Translations under genes and position numbers: made by a program | Part shown: positions 58,901 through 59,596 of the stretch, piece by piece | Position numbering within the stretch: the stretch's first letter is position 1 | Layout of the letters: each line of letters starts with the position of its first letter | Notes under the pieces: generated by a model | Databases searched by the model: none | What the model saw: the letters and a program-made list of their open reading frames with translations, nothing else | Told to the model about the DNA's origin: nothing | Source of the DNA: a virus | Lineage: Duplodnaviria > Caudoviricetes | Reading direction: 5' to 3' (one strand) | Virus record (IMG/VR): IMGVR_UViG_3300021962_000117 | Coordinates: 1-59,596 of that record | Length of the DNA stretch: 59,596 nucleotides

Positions 58901-59596
58901 GGATATCAGCACCTTAGGATTTAAGACTGATTACTACATTGGAGATTTCCGTTATCACTTTAATAGCGTAAACCAACAGTTGAGACCAAGAACTCTTGGA
59001 TTCAGCACCTATGGCGATAAGATGTTCTTTATTGATGGCAATCAAAGTCATGTGGTTTCCTTCACTCTTGATACTGCATGGGAAATTGGTTCTGTTGGTG
59101 TTGGCACAACATTCTTCTATGTTGGTAATACGGAAGGCAGTCCATATGCACTTGGATTCTCTACTGACGGCACAAGATTCTTCGTTGCTGGTCATGATAG
59201 AAAACTGCTTCAGCAGTATGACATGGGCAACCAGTCCACTGCTCCAGGTATTTCCTCTGCATGGAACGTTGGTATCGCAACTACAGCACTTTGGCATGGT
59301 AGAAAATGGATTCCTGGTGCTGGCGATGGTATGAATGGTATTGGTAGATCAATGTCTCTTGAAGGACCAAGTATCGCAGGAACATTCTTTATTGGACCTT
59401 GGGAAACCAATCCAAGATCTCTACACTTCTCTCCAAATGGAGATAGATTCTGGGTTGTTGGACAACAATCCAATTATGTTCGCGAATTTAGATTCGACAT
59501 ATCTAAATGGGACTTGAGATGGTCTAATAATAATAGTGTTCTGACGGCAGGTAGTACAACATGGCAAACCAATCATCCAACTTACGGTCATGCCGA
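49917..59596 (+). CDS. Giant beta-propeller repeat protein, >3,226 aa, 3'-truncated by window edge
   Basis: RBS aaggag, ATG 49917 (MSAPQGGYIG...). No in-frame stop found to the window end, which explains its absence from the track. About 48 repeats of P..h.F..DG.KMYVVG....h.QY.L.TPWDI. Confidence 0.9.
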   Translation, partial: MSAPQGGYIGNTPQNWEPGKRPGVWKAKDIQALQKEGELTRTAWSLKSAKYRPPFKSFDVKQYENQPTCVILNSAGTKMYVVGRQNVKILQFSLSTAWDITSATFDNVDFDIRDYESSPTELAINETDDRIFFVGTERGNLYQIDLTTASDLSTGTIGSFAPLQSAVPDIDGIYFSSGGGSLFVVSRTDDSITTFTLSTGFDVTTITNKFQSTSKKTVGLSTNLVLDPITRMRATLNGVTDIGTPHGQGDWNDARTTSVWFDPTNVRPKSVSFNDDGTILFILGDNGELYTWYLGTAYVPNSGSFNRFETTNPLILDETLESPQSLFMRPNGFNFYIADSNGIIAQYDLPGAFNVDRLSYNFERRLYVGNSPQDVQVSPDGKTMFVLTTDGNYRLKMYRTSRPFDFGTLLTDPRDFVFSYNGEYLYICDNSNIFRHELSTPWDIKTATYTGNKFRTSDSPLSEGNLEGITWKNDGTKLWICGYGQDRIYELDLATPWDLTTISYNLVYQSTTSEGTPRDIGISTDGTTLYYAGERYIRMFYLTTPWTLADGVSQSDYTVDTQSLRGPGYYYIRSAKWSRDGKRMIISYGDGNSWNISVHQYRTQWAFHLDNNSHDNPQGLAFSEDGTYMYTTDYDDHRVFQWHLSEPWELNSAGFVTYFQLNDTSRENHSGQIYNRYPNNPRGVGISSDGGKLFVQGNSIVSQFSLTTSFYVDSVGVGTTGYYSQDDDGDMRDLCFSSDGRRLFMIGEGYQRLYEFPLKNPYDIDPTTSLRHPDIVAVVGMGTSTSISPSGQYGTENDINACAISTAGDYFYITGLYNYSVYRYSLGIANSIKSMSHDSTFKFWNSYLGDKEYYPRGLAFSTDGRNMYVAGSYFGGEVKQYRLRNAWSISTTSDLQNPTVSFGGTMPLCQFKYEESLDVGKPQYGNFESQEQNMINIIQRNDGYPQIKGVGFGSTGRELYVMGWNEGLMRMYPLSTSNHVYSAGFSSEVAYDTYYYPGVGLVTSWGWRTGQAGAGNWYGGDPQQWRDGYSESEARGLYVRPDGLKFYIVGSSADRVYEYNISTATPWNIDTLGYHTMTDYGRGTYSNFGIDIYGYGKSGLGTTTAYLGAAGIYEASGIEWKPDGSKMYITDSYSRSIWQFEVGIPWNVGTANTGQETRYYRRSEQGGDPGNSGGVGFSTVGVAKSFMLDLNWNNNTAGGRALEYQPRSMRFNLDGTLMYVIGVGSDRPFVFELDTPWEIDTARYRNQKLTTQFQRTNADGTGFPGITTVEGNPYGMAWSRDGKHLYITGNNGYVYDFENALAWNTDYETDYSVQAGYGNSMHFFESGFNRKAFPSGITTATDVQYNPDMDKMIVVGYSNSTGSEVKQYGTGTSLGRGDYQGTLALGHVSTGQSYIFQQFTGSDGSIRGSAFSTDGKYYYHVGNSRDRVFRYELQVPWNINSFIFGYDPARVGYGTTSDSGTVGVTSFYVGSQEGNPYSMTFNYDGSKMYIGGANHRVYQYNLPQNHYWGITSAVYSTNMYAGSEGTEIQSIAFSTSGKRLYVATHSNSWVRQYWLDNAWEVNTSNAGGEGNLKFGTFGENPRSFKWNNDGTKLFVLSDAKKEVIEFNLHYPYDILRSQEHVSAAGTTPVNNVVGLGTTGFSVSDADATNLGGLAFNADGTKMYVVGFGSTTITQYGLSTAFNVRSASFEKTKGLYPDGLLPEEIGFNSTGSKMYILDRKLDYLVEYNLGTNYDIDTADLGHVGFASTATYSVLNFDTVTAGIALTNNNTDLVQVNLTSGAASWSQSAIAAGSSFGAPFTMEYRVRANGSGDYQKMVGLTTIGDPATYTGGPGQQGTISHGFYHQNHNNLGGGGITIRTKHHTNPSQSVDALGSGWRVGNEDIFRISYGVDGYVRHFINKVEVQRVYVGAGMSYHVGAYFDTNGAQLDDIRITNTGFTTSSDGYGNAFYMGRFESDPRGFCMSDNGIHLNMVGNQQNRIYRFILDDDYRVGSALSVGIDTYRGVHSNGYGSVGNLEGTTRAVGFNTNGTKAFILGDSDRLWQFDSAIKYQPNNVHGPEGYYFNTWPGDFGSPYEVKFRPDGKVMYVYESGNRLFTYTLDRPWDLTSVNQDQTDSRAYRSTPSSEYTFDYEVYTFDVKHDTQDTIFFTSRFGNVYQMPANPRWLTPTDQQIQHLGFASEGKIAYVTGIQSAAITRYDLSTPYDIRTAARSNDGQQFYTYSEVQKNPLKYRKQKFDPLYNNNSGNNAIWREQNYRSLSFNYDGTKLYALGQDTDTVFQYDLYKPYDTTTRVSLGGTYYIGYQEIEPEAVDFKPDGSKMYIVGTSSDRIFQYDLGQPWEVASASYNGTLTRTTSPALDYAYASLITEDTEPREFIFNYNGTKGFMIGTQRNTVYEYNLSTPWDVETLVATANTFTVVDYERASQGLFFKPDGSEMYVVGYGTTATYTSGLTSAMVSAGIATTMGNRPGNVFQFSLASNWNITSASFTTSFYVGDQENQPTQVNFSSDGTRMLIIGQERDRMQTYDLTTAWQLDTAVYEPFNYNNYNDSQGSSDNRPQSFGISTTGKDLYMVEANNERIRQYALSSPYQVRNLDTTPRAFYFKPDGLRVYIVGSSHARVYSFTLTTAYDLRTMTFDGGYFYVSPELGTPTGIFFEDDGLTMYVSGHSGRLHQFNLNTAWDIKSTKNYRETGSGNYYNSIAGIATTSFSLTNNRGSSPYGLAFSTDRSRFWWLDGANSNNAVFEHYRQTTTGITSAYWYANYDNYDQYPQIDRRGYVDGDADDRLSFHMRHMYPNSPEFIGFGSEGKIMYVMNDSHDMIHQYHLPTPYRLNFYTERPWDCGFSTDGQYFYVLGDDTKRIHQIGVAGTGDAYHLHGHGNGRGYDIVHSTYDEADYLNLDIDIENDFRSFAFKPDGTKLYALGHQRKRLYEYTLSTPWKVNTAGLGTTSYYMYYTDQEDNQPGGTVPNLGSPYGLRFHPDGTYMYCVDWDNYRFLQWEFQTPWDISTLGFKTDYYIGDFRYHFNSVNQQLRPRTLGFSTYGDKMFFIDGNQSHVVSFTLDTAWEIGSVGVGTTFFYVGNTEGSPYALGFSTDGTRFFVAGHDRKLLQQYDMGNQSTAPGISSAWNVGIATTALWHGRKWIPGAGDGMNGIGRSMSLEGPSIAGTFFIGPWETNPRSLHFSPNGDRFWVVGQQSNYVREFRFDISKWDLRWSNNNSVLTAGSTTWQTNHPTYGHA

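Noticed and set aside
50085-59517. Many short ORFs (60-165 aa) in the track on both strands
   Set aside because: They are shadows of the single giant + strand ORF starting at 49917.
45237-59596. Diversity-generating retroelement or invertible fibre cassette
   Set aside because: No reverse transcriptase, recombinase or near-identical TR/VR nucleotide repeat pair seen in this window.
1-59596. Stop-codon reassignment
   Set aside because: Core genes are full length under the standard code and end in TAA, TAG or TGA; the tRNA is Leu(TAA anticodon), not a suppressor.

Overview
This window is from a T4-like cyanomyovirus (marine Synechococcus/Prochlorococcus phage type), inferred from the T4 core genes and the cyanobacterial auxiliary metabolic genes. 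From left to right: the 3' part of a Thr-rich autotransporter-like gene, then petE, talC, an HNH nuclease, glutaredoxin and speD. Next is a dense array of small hypothetical genes (6.3-10 kb) and a nitrogen-regulatory module (10.03-10.76 kb). Then come thyX, phoH, an exonuclease, gp33/59/32 and the T4 baseplate/tail block (gp53, 48, 2, 4, 54-like, 26, 51, two large paralogous hub/tape-measure-like proteins, gp27-like, cp12, gp5 and spike-associated genes). After these are tRNA-Leu(TAA), a Mom-like gene and tail-fibre genes. The window ends in a giant (>3,200 aa) beta-propeller-repeat ORF that runs off the edge and is absent from the supplied ORF track. The most striking observation is at 10030-10762. 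An NtcA box and a near-consensus sigma70 promoter precede two tandem glutamine-riboswitch-like (glnA/Downstream-peptide) units. Each unit carries a small protein gene inside its P2 loop, and the two proteins look like paralogues (C-x35-C). The two units appear to share an E-loop/P3 formed between them, and they lie upstream of a DUF4278/YRG-motif gene. All family assignments come from motif recognition and synteny; no database searches were run.
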